Of a stretch of 64,000 bases of DNA, positions 40,315-51,492 are shown piece by piece. Below the pieces are notes generated by a model. That model saw only the letters and a program-made list of their open reading frames with translations, ran no database searches and was not told the origin of the DNA. The position numbers and the translations under genes are program-made. Location of the stretch: the IMG/VR virus record IMGVR_UViG_3300037047_000246; one strand, 5' to 3'. Positions within the stretch are counted from its first letter, which is position 1. Every line of letters starts with the position of its first letter. This stretch comes from a virus. Lineage: Duplodnaviria; Caudoviricetes.

Positions 40315-40357
40315 TACGTCTTCTATGCGAATGTTTCTGGAAGACTTGGAGATGAAC

Positions 40358-40852
40358 ATGAACAAGCGCCTCGCCAATCAGATCCTGACGAATTTGGAAC
40401 ATGCTGCGACTGAGGTCGAGCAGTTGGCCGAGAACGGCCACATCGATGCCAAGACTGCGTCTGAACTCGTGTCGGCCATCGACGGGTTTTCGGATCGCTT
40501 CGAAGTCGCTGCCTTCGGCGCCGACTCGTTCCGTCGTCGTCAGGCCCGCGTGCTGCAGTCCGACAAGGACGAGCCGTACATGTCCACGTTTGACAATCCG
40601 AACAGTGTGCTGCAGTCCGACAAGGACGAGCCGTACATGCACGGAGTGTCTGAAAGCTTCAACAGCAAGGCCATCGGCACGTTCGACGTGGACCGCAGCA
40701 GCACGGTCACTGATCGTGACGAGTACCAGGTGCGCGACCTCAACCCGCACGCCGGCGGCACCAAGAAGCAGCCTTCGTGGACCAAGGGCCCGGCCGGCAA
40801 GAGCACGAAGCTCGGCTCGAATACCAAGCCCGTCAAGACTTGGGCTCCCTGA
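40358..40852 (+). CDS. Hypothetical protein with duplicated VLQSDKDEPYM
   Basis: GGAG RBS before ATG 40358; exact 33-bp direct repeat at 40550-40582 and 40607-40639. Confidence 0.7.
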   Translation: MNKRLANQILTNLEHAATEVEQLAENGHIDAKTASELVSAIDGFSDRFEVAAFGADSFRRRQARVLQSDKDEPYMSTFDNPNSVLQSDKDEPYMHGVSESFNSKAIGTFDVDRSSTVTDRDEYQVRDLNPHAGGTKKQPSWTKGPAGKSTKLGSNTKPVKTWAP

Positions 40853-40893
40853 ACTGACGCGGATTTGTGCAAGAGTCAGCTCAGGAGGCCAAG

Positions 40894-41580
40894 ATGCGTC
40901 CGGTAATGGCATTCGTAGATGAAAGAGCTCTAGCCCAGCATTTCAAGACCGGGGACACTGTCCAGAAAGCTAGCTTGAGGGACTTCACCCCGGCCCCATA
41001 CTACGGCCGTGTCTTGTATGCCAACCCTGAAACTGGAGTGGTCGTTGTTCAGTGGCCATGGGGCGCGGAGCAGGAGTATCCCTCCACTCTCAATCGCGTC
41101 ATGGTCGGAGAGGCCGGCAGTCCCACTCCAGACTTCAATCAGTGGTACGAAAATTGGGACGCAGCCAGACACGGAGACGATGCCGACACTGGGTACTCCG
41201 CCATGTCTGCTAAAATCGCGTCCGAATTTGAGCTCAAAACGATGCCGTTGTGGAAGGCTGCTTGCAAGCTCATGCACCACGGCGCTGACGAAGTGGCAGC
41301 GTTTCGCAGTCTTAGCGCCGAATTCGGGGACGAGTTCGGCGCAGACACCATACGGCGCACTGCTGCCAATTTGTACGAAACTTCAAGGCGCATGGCTGTG
41401 TACTGGCACGATTCTAAACGCCGGTACAGGGTGACTCGCCGCGAGCGGGACTCCAAGGTCTATACCTGTCCTCGGTGCAAGTCCATCCTCAAGCCTCGCG
41501 TCTTTAGGCAGAACCAAAAAGTTTTTGCCTGCAGAGGCTGCGGGTTCACAATCCATCCTGAAGACTTGTTGATTGGGTGA
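40894..41580 (+). CDS. Hypothetical protein with C-terminal Zn ribbon
   Basis: AGGAGG RBS; CPRC...CRGC. Confidence 0.7.
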   Translation: MRPVMAFVDERALAQHFKTGDTVQKASLRDFTPAPYYGRVLYANPETGVVVVQWPWGAEQEYPSTLNRVMVGEAGSPTPDFNQWYENWDAARHGDDADTGYSAMSAKIASEFELKTMPLWKAACKLMHHGADEVAAFRSLSAEFGDEFGADTIRRTAANLYETSRRMAVYWHDSKRRYRVTRRERDSKVYTCPRCKSILKPRVFRQNQKVFACRGCGFTIHPEDLLIG

Positions 41581-41636
41581 TTTGGATTGGTGGAGTTTAG
41601 TCCACGAGTTTTGCCTAATCCGCCTTTGCTGCTGCG

Positions 41637-42329
41637 TTGAATTCGGTCTTCGCTGCGTCGGCTCTTGGTTCAAGACGCGTCGTTAGCCTTGTTTTGCGCA
41701 GATCTGGCATGATTGCACAAATCAATGCTCTGTACAGGATCGCCACGGCTCTAGAGAGCATCGACCCGCTGGCGTCTTACGAACTCAGTTCCAATTTGCG
41801 CAAGATGATCGCTGGCGAAGTCAGATTCTTGCTTGAGCTTACGCCGATGAGCAAGAAGCTTTCTCATCCAAATGATCAGTTGGAAATTTCAAAGAGCGCG
41901 GACGGTTGGCACACCACGCACACCAACGTGGATGGTAACTGGACGAGGGAGACCACTGGTTGGCGCCTCACTCCTGCAGATGTGCTCAAAGTGATCAAAA
42001 ACGAAGTTGTGCCTGGTCCGGCCACTGATGAAGCTGTGGCGGTGCTAGAGCAAGACATTTCTTCAGGGAATGCGGTCGGCATTCCTCGCGGCGACGAAAT
42101 GGGCGGCGGCTCAGTGTCTTTGCCCGAGGCTTCCCAAGCCGAGTCGGGCGGCATCATGGACCCTGACGAAGGCACGTGGAGCGCCCAAAGGTACATGAAT
42201 CCGGAGTCAATCTGGGACGTGGCCTCGGTCAACACCGTCAAGCGTGCAATCGCAGCTGCCAAGTTCAACCCGGCACTTCGGGCCAAACTTGCGCCGATGT
42301 TCAAGAAGATCTTGTCGGCCAAGCGCTGA
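41637..42329 (+). CDS. Hypothetical protein (start uncertain)
   Basis: 230-aa ORF in the head module. Confidence 0.55.
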   Translation: MNSVFAASALGSRRVVSLVLRRSGMIAQINALYRIATALESIDPLASYELSSNLRKMIAGEVRFLLELTPMSKKLSHPNDQLEISKSADGWHTTHTNVDGNWTRETTGWRLTPADVLKVIKNEVVPGPATDEAVAVLEQDISSGNAVGIPRGDEMGGGSVSLPEASQAESGGIMDPDEGTWSAQRYMNPESIWDVASVNTVKRAIAAAKFNPALRAKLAPMFKKILSAKR

Positions 42330-42379
42330 CAGCTGAACCCACAGTTCTTTCAGGTTTCTATGCCATGTGACTAGCAGAC

Positions 42380-45300
42380 ATGGCTACTCGACGCTACGCC
42401 AAAGCACTGGTGTCCAATAAAGACATCAAATTTGATCGATGGATGGATGAGATTCGCGCGCAAAATGAAGGCGCGGTCCCCAAGAACCACATCCATCGCG
42501 TCGCTAACGTCATTCTCAGGAAAGCTGATCCGAAGCAGTACCTGCTGAGCCACGCGACGATTGTGGCATCGGTGGACACGTATGCGCCGAAGAATGTGAA
42601 GCTTGGTAGGCAGACCAACCGCGGCGTCCAGATTGACGTCAGGTATCCAGACTTTCGGATTAAGCCTCAAAACCACAGCCTCATTAACAACAACTGCTGT
42701 CCGCCAGACACTATGATTTTGATGCAGGACGGCACAGAGAAGCCGATTCAGAATGTTGTTGTCGGCGACATGGTCATCTCCCACACGGGACACGCTCGCA
42801 AAGTGACGCAGGTCTTTGTCCATCCTCACAAGGGATTCGTTTACTCGGTAAGGCGCCGCGGCGACTCCCGTCGACTCGTGGTGACCGGTGAGCATCCTGT
42901 GCATACGAATAGGCCGACGCGTGTCGGGGCGAGAACATGCTTCAATCCTGCTGCCCCTTTCGAATTCGTATCTGCGGGGCTGCTCAAAAAATTCGACCTG
43001 CTGCATACGCCGAAGCTTCAGTCCTCTTCAGGATTTGAAGTGTCTCCAGGAAAGGCCAAACTCATCGGGTACTTCTTGGCTGAAGGATATTTTTACAAGC
43101 AGTCTCCGAATCGAGTCAGCAGTCTCTTTCGAGACGCGTTTCCTGGCCTGGCCAGCATTCCGTGCAGCTTGGAATTTTCTCTGTGCAAGGACGAATCTGA
43201 TACAATCGCTGCAACGATTGTCAGGCTCCTTAGAGATGAATTCGGTCTCGATGCGGTGGTGAAGCCTTCGCGCACAACTCCGAACGGGATCGTTGTTTCA
43301 AGTTCTCGTTCTCTAGAAGCGGTGCAGTTTTTTCTACATCATTGCGGAGAGGGTGCTGCCACCAAGCGCGTTTCCTTGGACGTGATGGGTATGGATCCAA
43401 CACTGCAGCTTCTAGTGCTGCAGGGTTGGCTGGAAGGTGACGGCACAGTCAAAAAGACTCTCACCGGTTGGCTTTCTGCTTCCAGCTCTTCAAAAGATCT
43501 GGCCTCACAATTGATCCACATTGCTCATCGATGCGGCATCGTGGCTTCACGTTTTTCAATTGTGAGATCTGGCAGAAGGCGCGTGAAGCTAGCTAACGGT
43601 TTCTACTCCACTGTTCAAGATGCTTCGAAAGTTTGTTATTCGAACGTCATCACGATCAATTCTTTGGACGCTGAAGCAGCTGTCCGCGGATCGTGGTTGG
43701 AAGAAGCCCACCGCACAGCCGCTTCCAATTTGAAGAAGCATTCGTTCCTGCAGTTTAGAGTTCAACCCGACAAGATCATCACTCAGATCTTGGACGTTCG
43801 CCGCGAAGATTACGTGGGGACGGTGTACAACTTTGAAACTGAGGTGGACCACAGTTACGTCGCCAATGGTGTCGCTGTGCACAACTCTGACGCGTGGGAG
43901 AGGTCGTTGCTACTCTCCACCTACAGAACGTTCATCGGCGCGCCAAATTACCTCGAGCACATTCAGCTGCCTGAATTGTCCAAGGGCTTCATCATTGACG
44001 CCATCTCGCGGGATCTTGGTCAGACCTGCTACATCGACATCCTAGTTGGCACCGATCGCAAACATGGCAAGCTCGTGTCCGACATCCTGTCCGGCGAGCT
44101 GGCAGCCCTCAGCATGGGCTGCCATTTGCCTGGAACGCGAGTCACGCTCGCTGATGGCACTATCATCCCGATCGAGGACATTCGTCCAAATATGTACGTG
44201 GTGTCCCAGAAGGGCAATCCTTGCCGCGTTGATAACTTGCAAGTCAGGCAAAACCGGTGGTCGATCCGGCGCATTAAGGCGTCGGGGTTGCCCGCGTTGC
44301 TGTCGACAGACAACCACAAATACTATGTGGTGCCCCGCCAAGATCTGAAAACCGAGAAACGGTACGGCCGCAATATTCTTTTGCCTGCGCCATATCGATT
44401 GGAGCACATGGAAGCTGGCGACATCCGAAAAGGAGACGTCGTCGCCACGCCAATCCCCACTGCTGTTGCCGCGCCGACAGTGTCTTTGCAAGAGGCCCGA
44501 CTGCTTGGTCTGTGGATAGGCGATGGATGGAAATGGGAAAACAAGCACGATTCGACTGTTGGCATTGGTGTTTGCTGCGACGCTGCAGACATTGAACTGT
44601 CGAGCGAGATCGAGCAAACGATCAACCAAATCTCCTGGAGCGCAGGAGAAATGCGGCTCGCAGTTGGCGGGCAAACGCCCAAGCGTGTGTCCGTGTCCAC
44701 GCGTCGCAACGCGCGCTATTTGGTGTCATCCAGCCGCGCCGCGCGGCGCATTATTGATGCGCACACCACTGGCAGGAAAGCTCTAGACAAATCCATCGGA
44801 CAAGATGTCATGTCGTGGCCGCAGGCGCATCAATTGGCATTTCTGTCGGGAGTTGTCGACTCTGACGGCTGTGTCAGCACGACCCGTCGCGGCACCAAGC
44901 AAGTATTCATATCGACCCGCAATGAAAACCTGGCCAACCAGTATTTTTTGATGCTCGCCCGATGTGGAATTGTTTCCACGGTGTCGGCTATCAAGCGGGG
45001 CGGCACGCGAATGCTGCCCGGGGCTTCCGGCACAGACTACCAGATACGGATTCGCAATGATCAGGTGACGCAGATTCCGGCGCTCAAGATCCGCCGCCAC
45101 GCTGCCGACATCCGGTACATACCTGGCAACTCCGATCGATGGATTGCAGGCGAATATCTGTTCTCGCGTGTGAAGCAAGTGGATAAGCTTGAGCATTCTG
45201 GATTTGTCTACGACATGGAAGTGGACGACGACCACTCCTATGTGGCAAATGGCGTGGGGGTGTCCAACTGCATCTCTCTGTTCACTATCTGCACCAAGTG

Positions 45301-46420
45301 CGGCAACATTGCAGCCGACGACGCGCAACTTTGCCCGTGCGTGCAATATGAGGGCAAAGGCACTCCGTACGCGGACGAAGACGGCGTTCAGCACCCGATT
45401 TCAGAGTTGATCGGGCATGTGACTGTGCCAAATTCCAATCAGTTCATCGAGGCCTCGTGGGTGAAAAACCCGGCATTTAAGGGTGCCGTGCGGCGGAACT
45501 TCTTGAATGCCGATACCGTGGCCATTGCTTCAAAGCTCGGCGAAGCTGCGCGAGTTTACGAACTCAAGCAAACGGAGTCACATCCTGACGAGCTCAAGCG
45601 CGCAGCATCCACGCTGAGGCGAGCTCAGGGACAAGACGAAGAGATTCCTGTAGACGACTCCGCTGCTGGTCAGGGGCAAAGCACCGATCAGGGGCAAAGC
45701 ACTGACGGCGGACAGAGCGATTTGGACGACCTCAGTCAGAGCGGAGATCTTGGCGGCGACCAAGGCGGAGATCTTAGCGATCTTGGCGGCATGCCTGGGC
45801 CGAGCGGCGGACCCGGTGGACCCGGTGGCGGATCCGGTGGCGGATCCGGTTTAGGTGGCCAAAGCCAAAGCGGACAAGGTCAGGGTCAAGGTCAGGCAGA
45901 CAGCAAAGGTGGCATAGAAGAGATGCTTGAACAAGCTCAACGCATGCTTGTTGAGAATCTTGTCAAAGCTCTCGGAGAAAAGCTCGCCCCCAAGCCTGAA
46001 GACGTGGAGAGCGTTGTGTCGTCTCCTGACTGGGAAGTTGCTGGAGGCAACGACAATTTGGTGCATGCGTCCACGGATTTTTCGGCTAAGCTTCGCAAAA
46101 AGTTTAGCAACAAGAAGCTGATCCGTTGGGCTGAAAACGTCCACCGCATTGTGCATGAAGGCGGACAAAAGGCAATTGCAGCGCACAGGATCAGTACTCG
46201 CGATCTAATAGTCCTTTCATGGATTGAAGATCGCATGAACGGTCGCAGTTATTCGTCAAATCTTTACAAGATAGCGATGAATGTTGGCGCACCGTCTTCG
46301 TACCCCAGCATGAAGTCTTTTGTGGCTGCATGCGACATGAAGCTTGGAAGAGCTTCTACGGACTCAGAGCGAGAGTTTTTCATTCGGAAAGGCAAGATTG
46401 CCTCTCTGGTTGAGTTTTAA
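42380..46420 (+). CDS. Prohead (capsid maturation) protease, assemblin/HK97-like, with two inteins (mature protein about 566 aa)
   Basis: NNN|SDAW...YRTF.G..N..EH...KGFIIDA; ALSMG|C; FIEASWVKNPAF; lies upstream of scaffold and MCP. Confidence 0.8.
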   Translation: MATRRYAKALVSNKDIKFDRWMDEIRAQNEGAVPKNHIHRVANVILRKADPKQYLLSHATIVASVDTYAPKNVKLGRQTNRGVQIDVRYPDFRIKPQNHSLINNNCCPPDTMILMQDGTEKPIQNVVVGDMVISHTGHARKVTQVFVHPHKGFVYSVRRRGDSRRLVVTGEHPVHTNRPTRVGARTCFNPAAPFEFVSAGLLKKFDLLHTPKLQSSSGFEVSPGKAKLIGYFLAEGYFYKQSPNRVSSLFRDAFPGLASIPCSLEFSLCKDESDTIAATIVRLLRDEFGLDAVVKPSRTTPNGIVVSSSRSLEAVQFFLHHCGEGAATKRVSLDVMGMDPTLQLLVLQGWLEGDGTVKKTLTGWLSASSSSKDLASQLIHIAHRCGIVASRFSIVRSGRRRVKLANGFYSTVQDASKVCYSNVITINSLDAEAAVRGSWLEEAHRTAASNLKKHSFLQFRVQPDKIITQILDVRREDYVGTVYNFETEVDHSYVANGVAVHNSDAWERSLLLSTYRTFIGAPNYLEHIQLPELSKGFIIDAISRDLGQTCYIDILVGTDRKHGKLVSDILSGELAALSMGCHLPGTRVTLADGTIIPIEDIRPNMYVVSQKGNPCRVDNLQVRQNRWSIRRIKASGLPALLSTDNHKYYVVPRQDLKTEKRYGRNILLPAPYRLEHMEAGDIRKGDVVATPIPTAVAAPTVSLQEARLLGLWIGDGWKWENKHDSTVGIGVCCDAADIELSSEIEQTINQISWSAGEMRLAVGGQTPKRVSVSTRRNARYLVSSSRAARRIIDAHTTGRKALDKSIGQDVMSWPQAHQLAFLSGVVDSDGCVSTTRRGTKQVFISTRNENLANQYFLMLARCGIVSTVSAIKRGGTRMLPGASGTDYQIRIRNDQVTQIPALKIRRHAADIRYIPGNSDRWIAGEYLFSRVKQVDKLEHSGFVYDMEVDDDHSYVANGVGVSNCISLFTICTKCGNIAADDAQLCPCVQYEGKGTPYADEDGVQHPISELIGHVTVPNSNQFIEASWVKNPAFKGAVRRNFLNADTVAIASKLGEAARVYELKQTESHPDELKRAASTLRRAQGQDEEIPVDDSAAGQGQSTDQGQSTDGGQSDLDDLSQSGDLGGDQGGDLSDLGGMPGPSGGPGGPGGGSGGGSGLGGQSQSGQGQGQGQADSKGGIEEMLEQAQRMLVENLVKALGEKLAPKPEDVESVVSSPDWEVAGGNDNLVHASTDFSAKLRKKFSNKKLIRWAENVHRIVHEGGQKAIAAHRISTRDLIVLSWIEDRMNGRSYSSNLYKIAMNVGAPSSYPSMKSFVAACDMKLGRASTDSEREFFIRKGKIASLVEF
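42695..43885 (+). mobile_element. Protease intein A (397 aa) with LAGLIDADG homing endonuclease
   Basis: Starts CCPPDT; VTGEHP; IGYFLAEG; GWLEGDG; ends VYNFET...VHN|S. Confidence 0.92.
44120..45268 (+). mobile_element. Protease intein B (383 aa) with LAGLIDADG homing endonuclease; penultimate Ser instead of His
   Basis: Starts CHLPGTRV; STDNH; GLWIGDG; GVVDSDG; ends VYDMEV...GVSN|C. Confidence 0.9.
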
Positions 46421-46462
46421 AGCATTGATGAGGAAAGTCCCCAATAGGAGGCATTTCAGGCC

Positions 46463-47632
<1,170 letters not shown>

Positions 47633-47642
47633 TGCAAGGTTT

Positions 47643-47674
47643 GAGGAGCCCAGTACTGCTGGGCTGGGCTCCTC
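47643..47674 (+). terminator. 11-bp stem-loop after the scaffold gene (no U-tract)
   Basis: GAGGAGCCCAG-N10-CTGGGCTCCTC. Confidence 0.45.
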
Positions 47675-47849
47675 GGAGACATACGCAAACAGGATACGCA
47701 GACGAGTTAACAGTTACTGAGGTTTGGTCAAAAAGCTGATTGACGACAATCTAATGGGGCAACGGTTTCGCGGCAACGGACTGAAACCACTCCAGAAGTG
47801 AAGCGTCGGACATGACCCGTAGACCAGGCTGAAGGAAGCTGGAGGAACA

Positions 47850-48518
47850 ATGGGAAGCATCGGTGGTCTCGCATCAGGCGACTTTCGCCTCAGCCAAGGG
47901 GCTCTGCGGATCCTGTATCACATTGCGAAGGACAACATTCCGGTCCTGGCAAGTGACGGGTTCACTCAGAACAACCCCAACGTGGTGGTCAACCCGCTCG
48001 CAGTGTCTACTACTCTTCCAACGAACGTGAAGAGGGGCGCTCTTGGCGGATCGGTCGCCTTCACTCGACCCGACGTCGGGTCCAATACCGTAGGCGGCGC
48101 CGTTCTCGTGAACGCGGCTTACGTGGTCAACACTCGGCCTCTCGGTCTCTTCATCAACGATGCGCTCGGCAATTCGTTCGAGAACACGCCCGGCGTGGCC
48201 TCGGGCAAGGGCCCGTTCGTCCGCGGCGGCGCGGCTGGCATCAAGATCTACGAGACCCAGCAGCAGACTCTCGTCGGCGGCGGCGCTGTTGGCGACCCGC
48301 TGGCAGCGTACGGCAATGGACAGAAGCTGTATGCGTCGGTGAATGGCTACCTGACCAATCGTTGGCAGGACTCGTACGAGGCGCAGTGGCTTACCGCGGC
48401 TGTTCTCGGATCTGGCGGCGGCGGCGTTGCCATCGAGCCGGACGTGACCTGTATGGGCATCGTCCTTTCACCCCCTGACGCAACGAGCGCCGAGCTCTTC
48501 GCCGAGCTCAAGTACTGA
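47850..48518 (+). CDS. Putative capsid decoration / head protein
   Basis: GGAGG RBS; Gly-rich beta protein directly upstream of MCP; strongly biased codon usage. Confidence 0.6.
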   Translation: MGSIGGLASGDFRLSQGALRILYHIAKDNIPVLASDGFTQNNPNVVVNPLAVSTTLPTNVKRGALGGSVAFTRPDVGSNTVGGAVLVNAAYVVNTRPLGLFINDALGNSFENTPGVASGKGPFVRGGAAGIKIYETQQQTLVGGGAVGDPLAAYGNGQKLYASVNGYLTNRWQDSYEAQWLTAAVLGSGGGGVAIEPDVTCMGIVLSPPDATSAELFAELKY

Positions 48519-48532
48519 GAGGAGAAGAAGCC

Positions 48533-49420
48533 ATGGCATTCGGCGTACAGGTAGTTGACAACACCATCAAAGAGCAAGTGATCGACAGGTACATCGGTAC
48601 CTCTCAGGGTCGCAAGCGCATCGCTTCGTCGATGATTCAGTCGCTGCGCGAGCGCCGCGACTATAGCTCCGTCGGCCGCAAGACGTTCCTCGTCGAGCAG
48701 CTTCCCGACGGCGCTCTTCCGATCTACGACAAGGACCCTGATGTGGTCGCGTACGTGATCGGCGAGGAAGGCGAGAGTATCACCGCCGTGGCCAAGCCGC
48801 GCCGCGTGATCTTCCCGCTGTTCGAGATCGCGGCTCTGCCCAAGTCCCCGCTGACGCAGGTCAAGGAGCGTCGGTACGACCTCCTGAAGCGCATGCAGGA
48901 CCTCGGCAAGGCCCAGATCCAGGCCGCTGAAGACGACCGCGTCTTCTCGATCATGGACGCCATCGCGATCAACGGTTTCGACTCGCTTCCGGGCGGGACG
49001 AACCCCGACATCCCCGTGGTTGCCCCGATTTCCCCGGCCGTTCTCGCGGACGCCTTCTCGGAGATCGAGCGTCACGACCTGCGCGTCGCTCGCGTTTACA
49101 TGAACGCGACTGACTACGCTGACATCCGCAAGTTCGGCCGCGACGTGCTCGACATCGAGTCGCAGGCGACCCTGTGGAAGACCGGCATGATGGCCACGGG
49201 CTGGAACGCCCAGTTTGTCGTGTCGCGTCTCGTGCCGGCCGGCGTTGTGTACATCTGCTGCGAGCCCGAGCAGTTCGGCCGCATCCCGGTGCGCACTGAG
49301 CTGACCGTGCTGTCGGCGGACAACCCGGAAGAGCGCACGATTGGCTTCAGCATGTTCGAGAACATTGGCATTGGCGCATATAACCCGCGCGGCCTTGTTC
49401 GTCTCATCGTTCAGCGCTGA
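48533..49420 (+). CDS. Major capsid protein (HK97-type)
   Basis: RRDYSSVGRKTFLVEQLPDGALPIYD; VIFPLFEIAALP; QAAEDDRVF; GFSMFENIGIGAYNPRG; highly biased codons. Confidence 0.85.
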   Translation: MAFGVQVVDNTIKEQVIDRYIGTSQGRKRIASSMIQSLRERRDYSSVGRKTFLVEQLPDGALPIYDKDPDVVAYVIGEEGESITAVAKPRRVIFPLFEIAALPKSPLTQVKERRYDLLKRMQDLGKAQIQAAEDDRVFSIMDAIAINGFDSLPGGTNPDIPVVAPISPAVLADAFSEIERHDLRVARVYMNATDYADIRKFGRDVLDIESQATLWKTGMMATGWNAQFVVSRLVPAGVVYICCEPEQFGRIPVRTELTVLSADNPEERTIGFSMFENIGIGAYNPRGLVRLIVQR

Positions 49421-49438
49421 GAATCGGTTCTGAGGCTT

Positions 49439-49477
49439 TCTTGAGGCCATCCACATAATATGTGGATGGCCTCAAGA
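49439..49477. terminator. Perfect 19-bp inverted repeat after MCP
   Basis: TCTTGAGGCCATCCACATA-A-TATGTGGATGGCCTCAAGA. Confidence 0.65.
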
Positions 49478-49526
49478 CTATTTGCCATTCTCGAACAAAC
49501 TTATTTCTTTTATTGTAAGTTCGAGA

Positions 49527-51146
49527 ATGGACTCTTGCTCCATATGTGGCAAATCAGAACCTGAGGTGGCTTTTTATTTCCGGAAAGCCAAAAACGACAA
49601 ATCCTACGCGTCTCCATACTGCAAGGAATGCGAGCGGAAGAAAGCCCGTGAGGCTAAAAAGCTCAGATATCACGACCCAGTTAAGGGTCAAAATATGAAA
49701 GCACGGGCAGCTGAGAGAGCGTCGCAGCCTGAATATCGGGAGGCAGTCAATTCTGCATTTAGGATCAAGTATTCAACTGACCCACAGTATAGGCAATCGG
49801 TGCTTGACCGTATGCGGGACAACAGGGCAGACGACGTCAAAAACCGGGTAATCAGGAGTAGGGCCGCTGCTTATTACCAGCGCAACCGCAAGCGCATAGT
49901 GGCGCAGAATACTAAGAGGGCGGCGGAAAATCCAAGGATCAGAATTCGCGGCTTCATGCGCGGGAGAATAAGCGAGGCGCTATCCAGTCATGGGAAATTG
50001 AAAGGTGGAGTTGCATCTTTGCAGTATTTGAATTATTCTTGGGAGGATCTATATCGCCACCTGGAGTCTCAATTTGCGGACTGGATGAATTTTTCGAATT
50101 ATGGGTCTGGGCCCGGCACGTGGCAAGTTGACCACATAATCCCGCAGGTTTTCTTTCCGTATGATGACATGGACTCGGAGTTATTTAGGTGGTGCTGGGA
50201 CCTGAAGAATTTGCGCCCACACCCATCAGATCTCAACGCTCAAGAAGACGATAGACGGCATTTACTGGGTGATCCAAGGGACATCCGACTCTTGTTTCAA
50301 GAGTTGCGGTTACCTCGAGTGGAGTTGAAGGAAAATCAGCAGGATGTGCTATGTGCTGCTGCTAGAATCCAGCCAGTGGCTGGAGCCTGCTCAATGTCTA
50401 TGGTTGGTCTGAACTTCCTTGATTCAATATTCACTACCCGATTCGGGTCCAGTACTGCACGATTCCCATCTCTGGAGAAAGCGCTGCTCAACGACCAGAT
50501 GCTGTACGAGGCTGTCATATGTCTAATCAAACGAGAGGAAAGAGTGACCCCAGGGGCAGTCCACTCGGCCATCAGGTACAGAGTTAGGACTCCTGGTCAT
50601 TTCTTTCCGATGGCTGCAGTGTCCGTGCTCAAACGATACGGGATGGGCATGCACGTGTTCGACCCGTTTCTCGGATGGGGCGGTCGATGTATGGCTGCCC
50701 TATGTACGGATGTCTCGAGTTATACCGGGTGTGATTTACAGTCAGAGGTCGTAAACGGGTGTTCGACTCTCGCTCACGCTTTCGGTTCACCACGGCCTGT
50801 AACTGTGCTGCATGTCGATGCGCTGGAGTTTCTGAAATCTACGAGTCAAAAATTTGGGTTGATATTCACAAGTCCCCCGTACATGGACACTGAGGACTAC
50901 GGGATAGAGTCGGATGCTATGCGTGCCGGGTGGTTAGACTCATTTGTTTTCCCGCTAGTGGAACAGTTTAGTACTCACTTGGAACACGGAGGTCGGGTTG
51001 CGCTACACTTGAAAGATGTTAAGGGTGCACCAACTTTTACTGCATATCACGCAGCGATGAAGGCTTATGGGTTTGTCCAAACAGGCAGACACAAGTACGG
51101 CAGAACATGGACGCAATCCGTGTATGTTTATGAACGTCCTTCATGA
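49527..51146 (+). CDS. Zn finger + HNH-like endonuclease + amino-type DNA methyltransferase fusion
   Basis: CSIC...CKEC; HLESQF...NYG...WQVDHIIP...WDLKNLRP; MTase FDPFLGWGG and IFTSPPY; visibly AT-richer than flanks. Confidence 0.8.
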   Translation: MDSCSICGKSEPEVAFYFRKAKNDKSYASPYCKECERKKAREAKKLRYHDPVKGQNMKARAAERASQPEYREAVNSAFRIKYSTDPQYRQSVLDRMRDNRADDVKNRVIRSRAAAYYQRNRKRIVAQNTKRAAENPRIRIRGFMRGRISEALSSHGKLKGGVASLQYLNYSWEDLYRHLESQFADWMNFSNYGSGPGTWQVDHIIPQVFFPYDDMDSELFRWCWDLKNLRPHPSDLNAQEDDRRHLLGDPRDIRLLFQELRLPRVELKENQQDVLCAAARIQPVAGACSMSMVGLNFLDSIFTTRFGSSTARFPSLEKALLNDQMLYEAVICLIKREERVTPGAVHSAIRYRVRTPGHFFPMAAVSVLKRYGMGMHVFDPFLGWGGRCMAALCTDVSSYTGCDLQSEVVNGCSTLAHAFGSPRPVTVLHVDALEFLKSTSQKFGLIFTSPPYMDTEDYGIESDAMRAGWLDSFVFPLVEQFSTHLEHGGRVALHLKDVKGAPTFTAYHAAMKAYGFVQTGRHKYGRTWTQSVYVYERPS

Positions 51147-51192
51147 TATTTGTTCTGTAATTGGCGGACACCTCGCCTTGTAAAGTGACTAC

Positions 51193-51492
51193 ATGAGTCG
51201 CCGCCAGTCTCCTTTTCCCAAGTGTGGCCCTGGCAGACCCGAGTTGAGCGCGGCCGAGAAACGGCATCGAGACAAATGCAAGCGCTTGGCGGACAAGCTC
51301 AGACGCACGGGCGTTGACGCCGCATACTACGTGGTTAGCGAATCCGGAAAGCTTTGGGGAGCGTTCGCGGAATTTTCCGGATGGAGCGGCGCAAAGCGGG
51401 CGCTTGACCTGTCCAGTCTGCCGGTCGGTTCTGTGGTCCTTCGGTCAGACGGCGTGGAGCTGGCGAGGCGCCACGCAAAAATTCCCTGCTGA
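51193..51492 (+). CDS. Hypothetical protein
   Basis: 99-aa ORF; TAAAGT lies 6 nt before the ATG (possible leaderless promoter). Confidence 0.5.
   Translation: MSRRQSPFPKCGPGRPELSAAEKRHRDKCKRLADKLRRTGVDAAYYVVSESGKLWGAFAEFSGWSGAKRALDLSSLPVGSVVLRSDGVELARRHAKIPC

Noticed and set aside
47700-47849. Possible riboswitch or ncRNA in the gap before the capsid genes (GGTTTC...GAAACC stem)
   Set aside because: Only a short stem is visible and I cannot match it to a known family; it needs an Infernal/Rfam search.
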